Shown piece after piece: positions 20,329 through 33,354 of a stretch of 64,000 nt of DNA (positions are counted from its first letter, which is position 1; each line of letters begins with the position of its first letter). The DNA is from an uncultured delta proteobacterium (GTDB taxonomy: Bacteria > Myxococcota_A > UBA9160 > SMWR01), in contig CAWHTE010000011.1 in assembly GCA_963832165.1 (NCBI GenBank), positions 32,001-96,000 on the forward strand, read 5' to 3'. The translations under genes were made by a program, and so were the position numbers. A model generated the notes under the pieces. It did not search any database and was not told the origin of the DNA. It was given only the letters and a program-made list of their open reading frames with translations.

Positions 20329-21621
20329 ATGACGGGCAGGAACGCGATCACAGCTCTCGGGGCCGCACTCGCGGCATGCGCGCTCGGCTGCGGGTCGGGC
20401 GAGGAGTCGAAGCCCGCCGCGGCGCAGGCGCCGCCGGCCGCGGCTCCGGCGCCGCGCGCGACGCCCGCCGACCTGCCCACGGGCCTCGTGCTCTCGCTCG
20501 CGCAGTTCGAGATGAAGGACGGCAAGTCGGTACCGGGCGCGGCGCGGCTCGAGTTTCTCGCGCGCAGCGGCGGCGCCTGGCGCATGACCGCGCTCGAGGA
20601 CCCGCAGAGCAACGTCTTCCACAAGGCGATGCTCTACCCGGCCGAGGACGGCGCGCGCCTGCTCACGCTCGGCGGCAGCGCCGCGATCGTGAAGGCTTGG
20701 AAGAAGACCGCAGCCGGCGCGCTCGAGGGCGCGGTCCTGTGGCAGAAGGACTTCGGCGGCAAGTTCAGCCGGATGCGCGACGCCGAGATCGCCGACCTGT
20801 ACGGCGACGGGAAGCAGGACATCGCGGTGGCCACGCACGACCAGGGCGTGGTCGCGGTGCTGCGCCCGAGCGAGTCCGGCTTCACTGCGGTGGAGCTCGA
20901 CCGCCAGAAGGACATCTTCGTGCACGAGGTCGAGGTCGGAGATCTCGATCGCGACGGGAAGCCCGAGGTGTACGCGACGCCGAGCGAGCCGAACCGGCTC
21001 ACCGCGGGTGCATCACAGGCCGGCCACGTGGTCCGCTACGTGCCCGCGGCGGACAAGAAGCGCGAAGTGGTCGCGGACCTCGGCGACCGCCACGCCAAGG
21101 AGATCCTGGTCGCCGACGTGGACGGCGATGGAACCGACGAGCTCTACGTCTCGGTCGAAGGGCACGTGAACGAGGCGAAGGAGCTCGTGAACGCGGTAGA
21201 GATCCGGCGCTACGACGCGGGCACGCCGCCGGACGCGGGCGCGCTGATCGCGACGATCGACGATCGACTGTCGCGCTTCCTCACCGCCGGCGACGTGGAC
21301 GGCGACGGCAAGAAGGAGCTCGTGGCAGCCGCGTTCAGCAGCGGGCTCTGGCTGCTCCGGCCCGGAGCCGACGCGAAGGCGCGCTGGTCGGTCGAGTCGA
21401 TCGATCGCGACTCCGCGGGCTTCGAGCACGCGTCGATCCTGTGCGACCTCGACGGCGACGGAACCGACGAGCTCTACGTGGCGAGCGACAAGCACAAGCA
21501 GGTGCGGCGCTACGCCTGGGACGGCCGCAAGCTCGCGCGCGAAGTGATCTATTCGCGTCCCGACGACCGCCCCATCTTTACATGGAACGTCATGCCGATC
21601 CCGCGGGAACTGATCCCGTAG
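20329..21621 (+). CDS. FG-GAP/VCBS repeat lipoprotein
   Basis: Lipobox ALGC; repeated GDxDGDGxxE motifs; RBS GAGGA. Confidence 0.82.
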   Translation: MTGRNAITALGAALAACALGCGSGEESKPAAAQAPPAAAPAPRATPADLPTGLVLSLAQFEMKDGKSVPGAARLEFLARSGGAWRMTALEDPQSNVFHKAMLYPAEDGARLLTLGGSAAIVKAWKKTAAGALEGAVLWQKDFGGKFSRMRDAEIADLYGDGKQDIAVATHDQGVVAVLRPSESGFTAVELDRQKDIFVHEVEVGDLDRDGKPEVYATPSEPNRLTAGASQAGHVVRYVPAADKKREVVADLGDRHAKEILVADVDGDGTDELYVSVEGHVNEAKELVNAVEIRRYDAGTPPDAGALIATIDDRLSRFLTAGDVDGDGKKELVAAAFSSGLWLLRPGADAKARWSVESIDRDSAGFEHASILCDLDGDGTDELYVASDKHKQVRRYAWDGRKLAREVIYSRPDDRPIFTWNVMPIPRELIP

Positions 21622-21791
21622 GCCACGCCGCGATCCCCCCGACATCCACAGGTTGGCTCAAGTTCTGCACAGGTTTCCCCGACCCCGATGGCCGCGCCTC
21701 GGACGGCTGCGGTTGTCAGGGTCCCATGGCTTGGGCTAATCCGGGGGGTCTCCGAAACCGGGCCCCAGGGCCCCGGGGGTAGACGAGGCAG

Positions 21792-24548
<2,757 letters not shown>

Positions 24549-24571
24549 TTGCCAGCGCGCGTTCGAGCTTG

Positions 24572-25738
24572 CTAGTTGGAGCGCCGCGACGCCCAGTGGC
24601 AGCCCGCGAGGACTAGCAGCGCGGCGATCGCGCCCGCACTCGCCCCCGGCTCCGGCACCTCGAGCGTGACGATCCCGCGCCCCGCATTCCCCCCGAACAG
24701 CGAGCGCCGGCCCAGCGAGCCGGAGACGAGCTGGATCTTCCCGGCGCCCATCGCCGTGCGCTTGTCGTAGCCGGTGAGCATGTACGACTCGATTCCGGCC
24801 ACGGTGTTGACCTTGACCGTCAGCATGCCCTGCGTCCATGGCCCGCCGAAGGTCGCGGTCGTGCGGTTCGAAAGCGCTTTGGGTTGGACCACGTTACCGA
24901 CCTTGTTGATGACCCCGCACACGTTGTGGATGGCGGATCGGAGAGGTCCTTTTCCAGCGTTATGCTGGGAGTACCAGCCGAACTCCATCCCCTGGGCCAG
25001 GTTGGGCGGCGAGATCGCATTCGGAAAGAACACAAAGCCGGGGACCGTAGCCGCAACCGCGACCGCGAACTTCCCCTGATTCGTCACGCTGCCGGCACCA
25101 CCGAGCATCTTTCCGGTCCGCGTGTACTTCATGAATCCGGGGATCACGGCCATCTGGGTTCCCGGTCCCGGACACGGATTCGGGGAGGAGAAGCAGCTCG
25201 GGACCGTCACGAAGCCGCTTCCAGCGCATCCTGGGTTCAGCCCCATCGTCACCGTCGAGGTAGAGCCCGGGCAAAACGAGACGACGTCGGGGCCGGTGCG
25301 GCCCTTGCCGCCGCCGCCGCCGGGCACCTTCCCGGAGCCGGGCTTGATCGTCCAGCCCGGCTTCGCAGGGACTTGGACGATCAAGTTCGTGTAGACCTGC
25401 CGCAGAATCGGCGCTTGCGAAAGGGAACCGCGAACCTGGGGAAGCTGCGGGTTGCCGGGGCCGCGCAACGTGAACTGGCTGGCCGGAATCATGATCGACC
25501 CGCCGACCCCGCTGGTGGTGGTGATCATCGCGCCGGCCACCGCCTTGATCCCGTCGATGCCACCGTTCGGGACGCACGCCTTCGTACCCGGTTGGATCGG
25601 CATCCCGATGTCCTGCCGCCCGGCGATGTCGAACTGAACCTTGCCCGACAGCGAACGGGTCACCTGAGCCTGCGCGGAGCCCGAACCGGCCACCCACGCC
25701 AGCACGCATACGCACACGAGCGATCGCCTGTGCACCAT
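24572..25738 (-). CDS. Secreted Gly/Pro-rich PEP-CTERM protein
   Basis: Signal peptide; C-terminal VPEPG + TM + RR. Confidence 0.8.
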   Translation of the reverse strand: MVHRRSLVCVCVLAWVAGSGSAQAQVTRSLSGKVQFDIAGRQDIGMPIQPGTKACVPNGGIDGIKAVAGAMITTTSGVGGSIMIPASQFTLRGPGNPQLPQVRGSLSQAPILRQVYTNLIVQVPAKPGWTIKPGSGKVPGGGGGKGRTGPDVVSFCPGSTSTVTMGLNPGCAGSGFVTVPSCFSSPNPCPGPGTQMAVIPGFMKYTRTGKMLGGAGSVTNQGKFAVAVAATVPGFVFFPNAISPPNLAQGMEFGWYSQHNAGKGPLRSAIHNVCGVINKVGNVVQPKALSNRTTATFGGPWTQGMLTVKVNTVAGIESYMLTGYDKRTAMGAGKIQLVSGSLGRRSLFGGNAGRGIVTLEVPEPGASAGAIAALLVLAGCHWASRRSN

Positions 25739-25993
25739 GGCTGCGACCTCGAAGCGGCCACCCACCCTATCACCGTCCCGAGACGTTGGGGCAATAATCC
25801 CGATCGAAGGGCGAGGGATGACCTCGCGCCCACCCGGGGGTATAAAGGTCCCAGCAACGGACCCCCCGTTGGGTAACGGCAACTGCTGCGTGCCAGGGGA
25901 TTCGTTCGAGGGCTCCGACAGCCCGGTGCGGCCGGTCGGCGGCGCGCGTCTGCGCCGCACGGATCGCTTCGCGCCGCGGGGCTCTCGCTCGCG

Positions 25994-28900
25994 TTGGGCA
26001 TGCTCGCGGCGCCGGGTGCGCGCGCCGTCGACGCGCTCGACGGCCGCGTGGAGCTGCACGGCCACGTCGAGACCCAGATGCGCGGGATCAGCGAGAAGTT
26101 CTCGCAGGAGCTCGACCTCGCGCAGTGGTACAACATCCTCGAGCTCGAGATCGACGCCCACGTGCTGCCGGACGGTTGGGGCCCGATCAACGTGATGAGC
26201 GCGCACGTGCGCGCCGAGGGTCGCTACGACGCGATCTACTCCGAGGGCTTCCGGATGTTCCCGAGCATCAACACCTACGGGAACCACGCGCGCCGGCTGC
26301 CCAAGCGGCTGCGCGACGCGAAGGACCCCGACCTCGCGGGCGTGACGCAGGGCCCGGAGGGCAGCGCTGCGCGGATCGCGGACGAGAAGCCGGCGCCGCT
26401 CGCGCCGGTCGGCGAGCGCCGCGGCATCCCCGACTACGACATCTTCTTCCGCCAGGCCGGCGGCGACGACGTGATCGGCACCGCCGACGATCCGGCGCGT
26501 TATGCGAACGCGCGCATCCTCGACTACCGCTATGCGCTCACCGACGTGCACGGACCGGGCGGACCCGGCAGCACGCGCGTGCTCGGTCCCTGGCTGCCCA
26601 AGAACATCCTCGTGGCCTCGGCGCTCGGGCTCGACCGGGCCAATCCGCTGCGCGGCCGGATTCCCGCCGTGGCGATCCCGTCGGGGTGGACCGGCAGCGC
26701 GGGCGGCGAGTTCAGCGATCCGGCCGCGGTGCGCTTCTACGCGGGCGATCCCCAGCTCGCGGGGTTCTCCGCCGGAGAGCTCGCGGGCTTCTCGATCGAC
26801 GCGCTCGATCCGAGCAGCGCGGTCGCGATCGCGCTGTTCGCGCCCGACACCGTGATCAGCGATCTATCGCGCAGCAAGTGCGAGCGCGCCGGCATCGCGA
26901 ACTGCACGGTCGGCACGGCCTTCACCGATCCGGACACAGGTCGCCTTTACACGGTGAGAGCACTCAACGGCTTTGCGGCGACGCCGGTCGCGGGTGCGGG
27001 CGACTTCTCGCGGGGCACCTCGACCGACCTCGACGGCAACTTCGTGCCCGCGTTCGCGTTCGGCGGCGACTCCAGCGGGGTCGTGCCCTGCGTCGATCCG
27101 GCCGATCCCGAGCTCGCACCAGCCCAGCGCGGCGGGCTCGCCGAGAACACGGGCTGTCTGCCGGGCTCGCTCGAGACGGTGACCGAGGGCGGTGTCACGC
27201 GCTACGGCGAGCGCGTGACGAGCCCGCAGAACCTGCGCCTGATCGGCGGCCGCGGCGAGGCGCCGTTCCGCCCCGCGCCGGACCTCGCGAGCACCGCGCT
27301 CGGCAACGCGGCGCTGCTCGACGCGCAGGGGCTCTACCTGCCGAGCGTCGGGCTGCGCCACACGCTGCGCTCGGGCGATCTCGACCCGCTGATGTTCAAC
27401 TTCAGCGAGTCCGAGCGCGCGTGGAACCGCGGCGCGAGCCAGCAGCGCACCAAGGAGCTCAAGGAGGCCTATCTCGACTTCGAGACGCTCGACCACCGGC
27501 TCTGGATGCGGCTCGGGCTGCAGAACATCGTGTGGGGCAAGACCGAGATCTTCCGCACCACCGATCAGTGGAATCCTCAGGATCTCGCACTCTCGTCGCT
27601 GCCCACGCTCGAGGAGTCGCGCATCGCGCTCTGGTCGGCGCGCGCGATCTACTCGCTCTACGACGTGGGTCCGCTCCAGGACGTGCGGCTCGAGGTCGCG
27701 GCGAATCTCGACAAGTTCGAGCCGGCCGACCTCGGCGCGTGCGGCGAGCCCTACGCAGCCGACACCGTGTGCGCGCTCACGTACGCGATCGCGACGCACT
27801 CGTATCTGGGCGTCGGGATCGCGGGCGTCGACCGGCCCGAGAGCCCGTGGAAGGAGCCCTCCGACCTCGAGATCGGCGGGAGGATCGAGTGGCGCTGGGA
27901 TCGCTTCACGTTCGCGCTCACCGACTTCTGGGGCCACGGCGATCTCCCGTACGCGGATGCGATCTTCTTCTACGACCGCGGCGTCGACGTCGCGACCGGG
28001 CGACCCGTGGTGGCGCGCCTGCCAGGCCAGGCGCTCGGCACCTGCGCGCGCGGCGGACAGATCGCTCCCGATCCCCTGAACAAGCCGACCCCGACGTCAC
28101 CCGGGCTCGCGTACAGCACCGCGTTCGCGTCGCATCCCTACTCGGTGACGACCGCGCAGAAGCCGTACGCGCTCTCGGGCGCGGGTACCGACGCGCTTCC
28201 CAACGGAGGGGGACCGCTCGACGGAACGACCGCGATCCGCGGCGGCATCGGCAGCGATCCGGACTGCCTGCGGCCCGGCGGCGCGCCCGGCTTCGCAAAC
28301 GCGTTCTCGCTCGATCCGACCGCGCTCGTCGCGGTCACCAACGCACTGCAGTTCCAGTCGTCGAATCAGCAGCTGTTCGCGTGGACGTGCCTCGCGACGG
28401 TCGGGATCGCGGCCGCGCTCGAGCCCGGCGCGTGCGCGTGGACGTTCTTCGCGAGCGGCGACAATCTGCGCAGCGCGGGAGTGCCCGCCGGCGAGGCGTT
28501 CGCGACGATCTTCGCGGGCGATCCCGACGGACCGACCACCGTGCGCCGGATGCAGGTCGTGCACAACTTCCAGAAGGACCCGGCGCGCAACGGTCCGCTG
28601 ATCGCGTTTCCGGTCGCATCGATCAACCGGCTCGCGAACGACCCGCAGGCGCCGTTCGACCGGAACGGCGACGGCGTCGTCGACGACGGTGCGGGCTGCG
28701 CCGATGACGATCCGGCCACGCCGTGCGACCTCGGCGGCTTCGACGGCTTCGACACGCGCACGATCCGCGCGCGCGCGCAGGACGCGGGTGCGCCCACGCT
28801 CGACAGCTCGCTCACGAACGAGCAGCGCGCGCTGCTGGGCTGCGGGCCGTTCTACGGCGTGCGCTGCGACAGCGCGGTACGCGAGACCACCACGCTGCAG

Positions 28901-30631
28901 TTCCCGCAGTCGGGTCCGTTCGGCGGCCTCGACTTCCTGAACACGGAAGCGTCGGTGCTCGTGCAGTCGTGGCTCGGCGTCGAGGGCACGCTGCCCGGGC
29001 AGACGCTCTCCGACAACCTGCCGCAGCCGGGCACGATCGGACCGCTCGGCCCCGCGCAGGCGCTCGGCGGGGGCTCGTCGCTGCGCACCAACGTGCCGTT
29101 CCTGGGCGGACCGGCCTGCACGCGCTTCGTCGCGAGTGCCGGGCTCGTGAAGCTGCCGGGCTGTCGCGGGATCGAGGCGCTGTCGGTGGTGTACGCCGAT
29201 CCGAACGGGATCCCCGGCGACGGCGACGACGTTCCGACGCGCGTGCAGGTCGCGTTCGAGGCCGGCTATCTGCCCTCGATCGACGGCTGCATCCTCGGCG
29301 ATGTGATCCGCCAGCGCGGCGCCGGCGCGCCGAGCGTGCCCGTGACCGCGGTGGGCGCGTCGGCCGACCTCGCGCGCGAGCTCGCGCTGTGCAGCGGCGC
29401 GACCGCGCGGCGCGCGGTTCCCGCCACGGTGATCACCGGCTTCGACGCAAACCAGAATCCGATCCAGGCCCCGAATCCGGATCCGACCTGCATCCCCCGC
29501 AACCTGGGCGGCGCCTTCATCACCGAGAACGGCGCCACGCGCAACGTGTTCGTGTGTCGCTCGCAGCAGGTCACGCTGGCCGACCTGCCCCTGATCCACC
29601 CGACCGCGGGCTGCATCGACTCGCCGACCAACCCGCGCGGCGTGCCGAGCTGCTTCGAGTGGGCGAATCGCGACCTCGTCGCGGAGCTGTTCGCGGGCAC
29701 CGCCCAGCTGTTCCAGAACGAGCTCGCCGCGTTCTCGTACAACTTCCTCACCTTCCTCGCGATCTCGTCGTGCGATCTGCACACGAAGGATCTCGACGGC
29801 AAGGACCACGACGCCGATGGCGCACTCGCGGCCGATCCCGAGTGCTTCCTGCCCACGGCGCCCTATCAGCCCGGGCGCTGCTCGCTGTCCACGCCGCAGC
29901 TGTGCGCGAACGTGAAGAACTTCCTCGCCGCGGTCGGCGTCACGCGCAACACCGTGCGCGCGGCGGGCAACGAGCGCTTCGGGCGCCGCACCTTCATCTG
30001 GCACAGCGGCGGAGAGGTGGTGCTGCGCTACGACCAGCACAACGTGCTCGGCTTCGCGACCGACTTCGCGGAGGACCGCACGCAGACGAGCTGGGGCCTC
30101 GAGTTCACGTGGGTCGAGGGGGTGCCCTACTCCGACGCCGACGAGCCGAGTGGACTCAGCGACACGGACGAGCTCAACTTCGCTCTCTCGGTCGACCGGC
30201 CCACCTTCGTGCGCTTCTTGAACGCGAACCGCGCCGTGCTGTTCAACACGCAGTGGTTCCTCCGCTACCTGCCCGAATATCGCGATGGCTTCACCGTGAA
30301 CGGTCCCGTGAACGTGTTCTTCAGCTTTGCGGTCTCGACGGGCTACTACCAGGATCGCGTGATCCCCGAGCTGCTCACCGTCTACGAGTTCGCGTCGCGC
30401 TCCGGCGGTGTGCTTCCCTCGGTGCAGTACCGCTTCACCGACTCGCTCTCGGTCACGTTCGGCGTGCTCTACTTCTTCGGGCGCACCGAGCTCTCCGACA
30501 TGGCGGTGCAGGAGGTCTCGCCCGTGATCAACCGGGCTCCGCCCCACGCCTATCGCCAGCCGGTCGAGAACGGCTTCTCGGACATCCGCAAGCGCGACGA
30601 GGTGTTCGTGAAGCTGCGCTGGACGTTCTGA
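25994..30631 (+). CDS. Very large DUF1302-like outer-membrane protein with Cys-rich insertions
   Basis: ELKEAYLD, LGLQNIVWGKT, WNPQD motifs, C-terminal beta-signal LRWTF; true start may lie near 25926. Confidence 0.72.
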   Translation: MGMLAAPGARAVDALDGRVELHGHVETQMRGISEKFSQELDLAQWYNILELEIDAHVLPDGWGPINVMSAHVRAEGRYDAIYSEGFRMFPSINTYGNHARRLPKRLRDAKDPDLAGVTQGPEGSAARIADEKPAPLAPVGERRGIPDYDIFFRQAGGDDVIGTADDPARYANARILDYRYALTDVHGPGGPGSTRVLGPWLPKNILVASALGLDRANPLRGRIPAVAIPSGWTGSAGGEFSDPAAVRFYAGDPQLAGFSAGELAGFSIDALDPSSAVAIALFAPDTVISDLSRSKCERAGIANCTVGTAFTDPDTGRLYTVRALNGFAATPVAGAGDFSRGTSTDLDGNFVPAFAFGGDSSGVVPCVDPADPELAPAQRGGLAENTGCLPGSLETVTEGGVTRYGERVTSPQNLRLIGGRGEAPFRPAPDLASTALGNAALLDAQGLYLPSVGLRHTLRSGDLDPLMFNFSESERAWNRGASQQRTKELKEAYLDFETLDHRLWMRLGLQNIVWGKTEIFRTTDQWNPQDLALSSLPTLEESRIALWSARAIYSLYDVGPLQDVRLEVAANLDKFEPADLGACGEPYAADTVCALTYAIATHSYLGVGIAGVDRPESPWKEPSDLEIGGRIEWRWDRFTFALTDFWGHGDLPYADAIFFYDRGVDVATGRPVVARLPGQALGTCARGGQIAPDPLNKPTPTSPGLAYSTAFASHPYSVTTAQKPYALSGAGTDALPNGGGPLDGTTAIRGGIGSDPDCLRPGGAPGFANAFSLDPTALVAVTNALQFQSSNQQLFAWTCLATVGIAAALEPGACAWTFFASGDNLRSAGVPAGEAFATIFAGDPDGPTTVRRMQVVHNFQKDPARNGPLIAFPVASINRLANDPQAPFDRNGDGVVDDGAGCADDDPATPCDLGGFDGFDTRTIRARAQDAGAPTLDSSLTNEQRALLGCGPFYGVRCDSAVRETTTLQFPQSGPFGGLDFLNTEASVLVQSWLGVEGTLPGQTLSDNLPQPGTIGPLGPAQALGGGSSLRTNVPFLGGPACTRFVASAGLVKLPGCRGIEALSVVYADPNGIPGDGDDVPTRVQVAFEAGYLPSIDGCILGDVIRQRGAGAPSVPVTAVGASADLARELALCSGATARRAVPATVITGFDANQNPIQAPNPDPTCIPRNLGGAFITENGATRNVFVCRSQQVTLADLPLIHPTAGCIDSPTNPRGVPSCFEWANRDLVAELFAGTAQLFQNELAAFSYNFLTFLAISSCDLHTKDLDGKDHDADGALAADPECFLPTAPYQPGRCSLSTPQLCANVKNFLAAVGVTRNTVRAAGNERFGRRTFIWHSGGEVVLRYDQHNVLGFATDFAEDRTQTSWGLEFTWVEGVPYSDADEPSGLSDTDELNFALSVDRPTFVRFLNANRAVLFNTQWFLRYLPEYRDGFTVNGPVNVFFSFAVSTGYYQDRVIPELLTVYEFASRSGGVLPSVQYRFTDSLSVTFGVLYFFGRTELSDMAVQEVSPVINRAPPHAYRQPVENGFSDIRKRDEVFVKLRWTF

Positions 30632-30695
30632 CGGAGCGCTCGAAGCTACTCGGTCCCATTAGAAGACCGGTGTCGTGCGGGCGCGGGTTTTGGCT

Positions 30696-30756
30696 TTGAG
30701 GGATGTGATGGATTCGATTCCTTCCCTCAATGCCCAACAGCGGGCCGATCGGGCAT
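30696..30756. other. Two hairpins downstream of the Y1 transposase (terminator or HUH end)
   Basis: TTGAGGGA/TCCCTCAA (30696-30703, 30723-30730) and ATGCCC/GGGCAT (30730-30735, 30751-30756). Confidence 0.45.
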
Positions 30757-30772
30757 CGAGCGCCGTGTTGTA

Positions 30773-31447
30773 CTACGCGCTCCCCGGCACCTCCGCGGGA
30801 TCCACCAGCCCCCGCCGTCGCCATCCTTCCCTCAAGAGCCAGAACCGCGGCCGCGCCACTGGCGATGAGCCCTGTGGGCCCGCGATCGGTGGCGGCCGCT
30901 TCCATCCGTCGAACCAGGCGCCGGACGAAGCGATGTCGAGCACCACTGGCGGGGCGATCCCATTCCGCTGGCGCCAGTGCTTTCGCGCGTTCAGAAGCAC
31001 GTACGCCAGCGCATTCCGCACTTCGCGGGGGGTCCGCAGCACGCGCAGGTGGTAACGACCGAATAGAACAGGGCCTACGCCTCCGAACACCCGGTTCACC
31101 GTCCGCGCGAGCCGGATTCCCACCGACTTCATGCCGCGCCCCAGGGCCTCCTTGCCGGCGGCCTCGACCACGAAGTGCACGTGGTCGCGCTGGATCGAGT
31201 ACTGGCAGACGCGGAACTCGCCGCGCTCGCAGCCGACGCGCATTCGCGACTGAAAGTCGCGGAGAAAGCGGCGGCTGCGCAGCGACGGAACATCCTGCCG
31301 CACACGCAGCGTGACGTGCGCCGGGCTGCCCTTGGGCACTTTCGGCCGCCGGACGTGATGAACGGGCGGCCGCGCTGACGCTGGTTTCCGCCCCGCGCCT
31401 TCGCGCTTGCCACCGTGGCCGCGAAACTTCATTTCGAGCTGAGCCAT
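30773..31447 (-). mobile_element. Stand-alone Y1 HUH transposase (IS200/RAYT-like)
   Basis: HVTLR, DHVHFVVE (HUH), RYH, NALAYVLLN (catalytic Tyr). Confidence 0.85.
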
Positions 31448-31454
31448 CAACTTG

Positions 31455-31483
31455 AATATAGCTATATATTAATGTTAGGTCAA
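31455..31483 (-). promoter_or_regulatory. Sigma70-type leaderless promoter of the Y1 transposase
   Basis: TTGACC-N17-TATATT-N7-ATG; AT-rich near-palindrome AATATAGCTATATATT. Confidence 0.8.
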
Positions 31484-31678
31484 TGCGCGTGAGGCGGGAA
31501 GATCAAAGAAACGAGAAGTGAAGGCGCCGGGCGGCCTCGCCGCTGACGTAGAACCGCGCCGGCCCCTTCCCTAAAAGTGCAAAACAGCGTTCCGGGTCCG
31601 GCTCCGAGAGCGGGAGAAGGACTGACGTCAAAATCTCTGGCATGAGCCTTGCGCCCCTCTCATTCAGCGGGGCGTCTG

Positions 31679-32229
31679 CTAACGCCGAGGCACGATTAGT
31701 ACTTCGCAACCTTCGGTTATGGACTTGTAGTGCCCATCGGAAAGCCTTTGGGTCTCGACACCGCACCAATAAGCATTCTCAATCGAGGCCGGATAGCCGG
31801 GGTCTGGGTCTTTGTTGAAGCGCAGATAGTGGCCGTGCACCTCCCAAGCCCTGAGGCGAGGGACATACTCCTCACCTTCCCGATCCTGTTCGAGATGAGT
31901 GCAACAGCGGCAGCCACCTTCGGTGACGGTCTTGCCGTCCTCATCCACAACCCGGAATGACCCTTCCCGAATTGCCCCAACCCTTCGGAGGAACTGACAT
32001 TCATTCGTGTGGTCGAGGAGCAGGTCGAACTCGGTGGTCTTGATCTGTCTTTCTCGATCTCGACGTAGAGAACCCGCTTCTTAGCTGCGTCCATCTGCTC
32101 CATAGCGCGCTGGATCATTCGCTGCTCTGCCTCAGCACACCCATCGGAAGGGTCTGACGCGCAACTCGCGTCAATCGGAGCCGGTACAAGAGCCGCAATG
32201 ACTACGAGAAGCAAGAGAGGCGCACGCAC
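31679..32229 (-). pseudogene. Low-GC secreted Cys-rich orphan protein split by a frameshift near 32045
   Basis: Signal peptide MRAPLLLLVVIAAL in one frame; continuation IKTTEFDLLLDH...CRCC...LIVPRR in the adjacent frame. Confidence 0.5.
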
Positions 32230-32429
32230 GGGGACTACCTCATTCACACGGATCGGAAGCAAGTGGCGAGTTGAGGTGCTTCGCGCTCGGGCGATCGTCT
32301 CTCCTGCGCGCTCCAGCGGGGCACAGGCGCTCGAACCTCCACCGCGACCCGGGCACGATCGCGGGGCTGTACTCGATCATCGTGACGTTGCCGCTGCCGT
32401 CGAGCACGCGGATGTAGTGCGCAGGCCGA

Positions 32430-32924
32430 TCAGCGCTGGCGCGCGATCGCGCGTTCGATCGCGGCGCGGATCAGCTTGTCGTTGTCCTTCGAGATGAAGC
32501 GGTGCACGTAGCGCTCGAGGAAGAAGCGCAGGATCGGGTTGAATGCGTGGTAGGTCTCGCGGAAGTGGACGCGGGTGCGGCCGCCGCCGATGTCTTCGAG
32601 CCGGTGCCAGCCCTCCGCGCGCGACCAGAGCGGCTTGCCGATCGCCTCGTAGTGCGACGACACGTTCGGCACCACCTGGGTGACCCATTCCCACGACTGG
32701 CCCACGCCACTCGAGAGCAGCAGCTTCGGCACGCGGAAATAGCAGTGGCGGATCAGTCCGTCGCCGTGGTCGTCGCCCTCGTGCAGCACCTCGATCCGCA
32801 CGTCGCCGTGTTCGATGACGCGCGGCTTGCCGGGCGTGGCGGGGTTCCGCACCGGCGGGTGCAGCGCTGCCCACACCAGTTCGGGCTTCGCCTCGATCTC
32901 GAACGAGAACCTGTGGTCCTGCAT
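32430..32924 (-). CDS. SRPBCC/START-fold family protein
   Basis: FEIEAKPELVWAAL start; GGRTRVHFRETY. Confidence 0.7.
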   Translation of the reverse strand: MQDHRFSFEIEAKPELVWAALHPPVRNPATPGKPRVIEHGDVRIEVLHEGDDHGDGLIRHCYFRVPKLLLSSGVGQSWEWVTQVVPNVSSHYEAIGKPLWSRAEGWHRLEDIGGGRTRVHFRETYHAFNPILRFFLERYVHRFISKDNDKLIRAAIERAIARQR

Positions 32925-32958
32925 GCGCGAACTCTCGTCGCAAGGTAGCGTGGCGCGC

Positions 32959-33354
32959 GTGGATCGCGTGGTATCGGCGCTCTACCTGTTCGCGGCCGCG
33001 GGCAATCTCCTGCCCGCGATCGGGATCTCCTCGGCGGCTCGGCTCGAGGCGTTGTACGGCATCGCGATCGCGGACCCGAACCTGATCGTGCTGCTGCGTC
33101 ACCGCGCCGTGCTGCTCGGCATCGTCGGCGCGCTGCTCGCGGCTGCGGCGTTCCGGCCCGCGCTGCGCACGGCTGCGATCGCCGCGGGCTTCGTCAGCAT
33201 GATCTCGTTCATGGTGCTCGCATGGGGCGCGAGCGAGAGCAACGCTGCGCTGCGCCGCGTGGCGAGCGTCGACGTCGCTCTGTGCGCGGCGCTCGCAGGC
33301 GCGGCCGTGCTCGGGTCGACTAACGCGCGCGCTCGAGGAACGCCGATGAAGTGA
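32959..33354 (+). CDS. Small four-TM membrane protein
   Basis: LEALYGI...LLRHRAVLLG and hydrophobic helices; TAGCGT 7 nt before GTG. Confidence 0.7.
   Translation: MDRVVSALYLFAAAGNLLPAIGISSAARLEALYGIAIADPNLIVLLRHRAVLLGIVGALLAAAAFRPALRTAAIAAGFVSMISFMVLAWGASESNAALRRVASVDVALCAALAGAAVLGSTNARARGTPMK

Noticed and set aside
21641..21680. DnaA-box-like 9-mers (ACATCCACA, TTCTGCACA) upstream of topB
   Set aside because: Two mismatches each, too few copies and no AT-rich unwinding element
30631..32300. IS605/IS200 element with TnpB or IscB
   Set aside because: No RuvC-type ORF adjacent to the Y1 transposase
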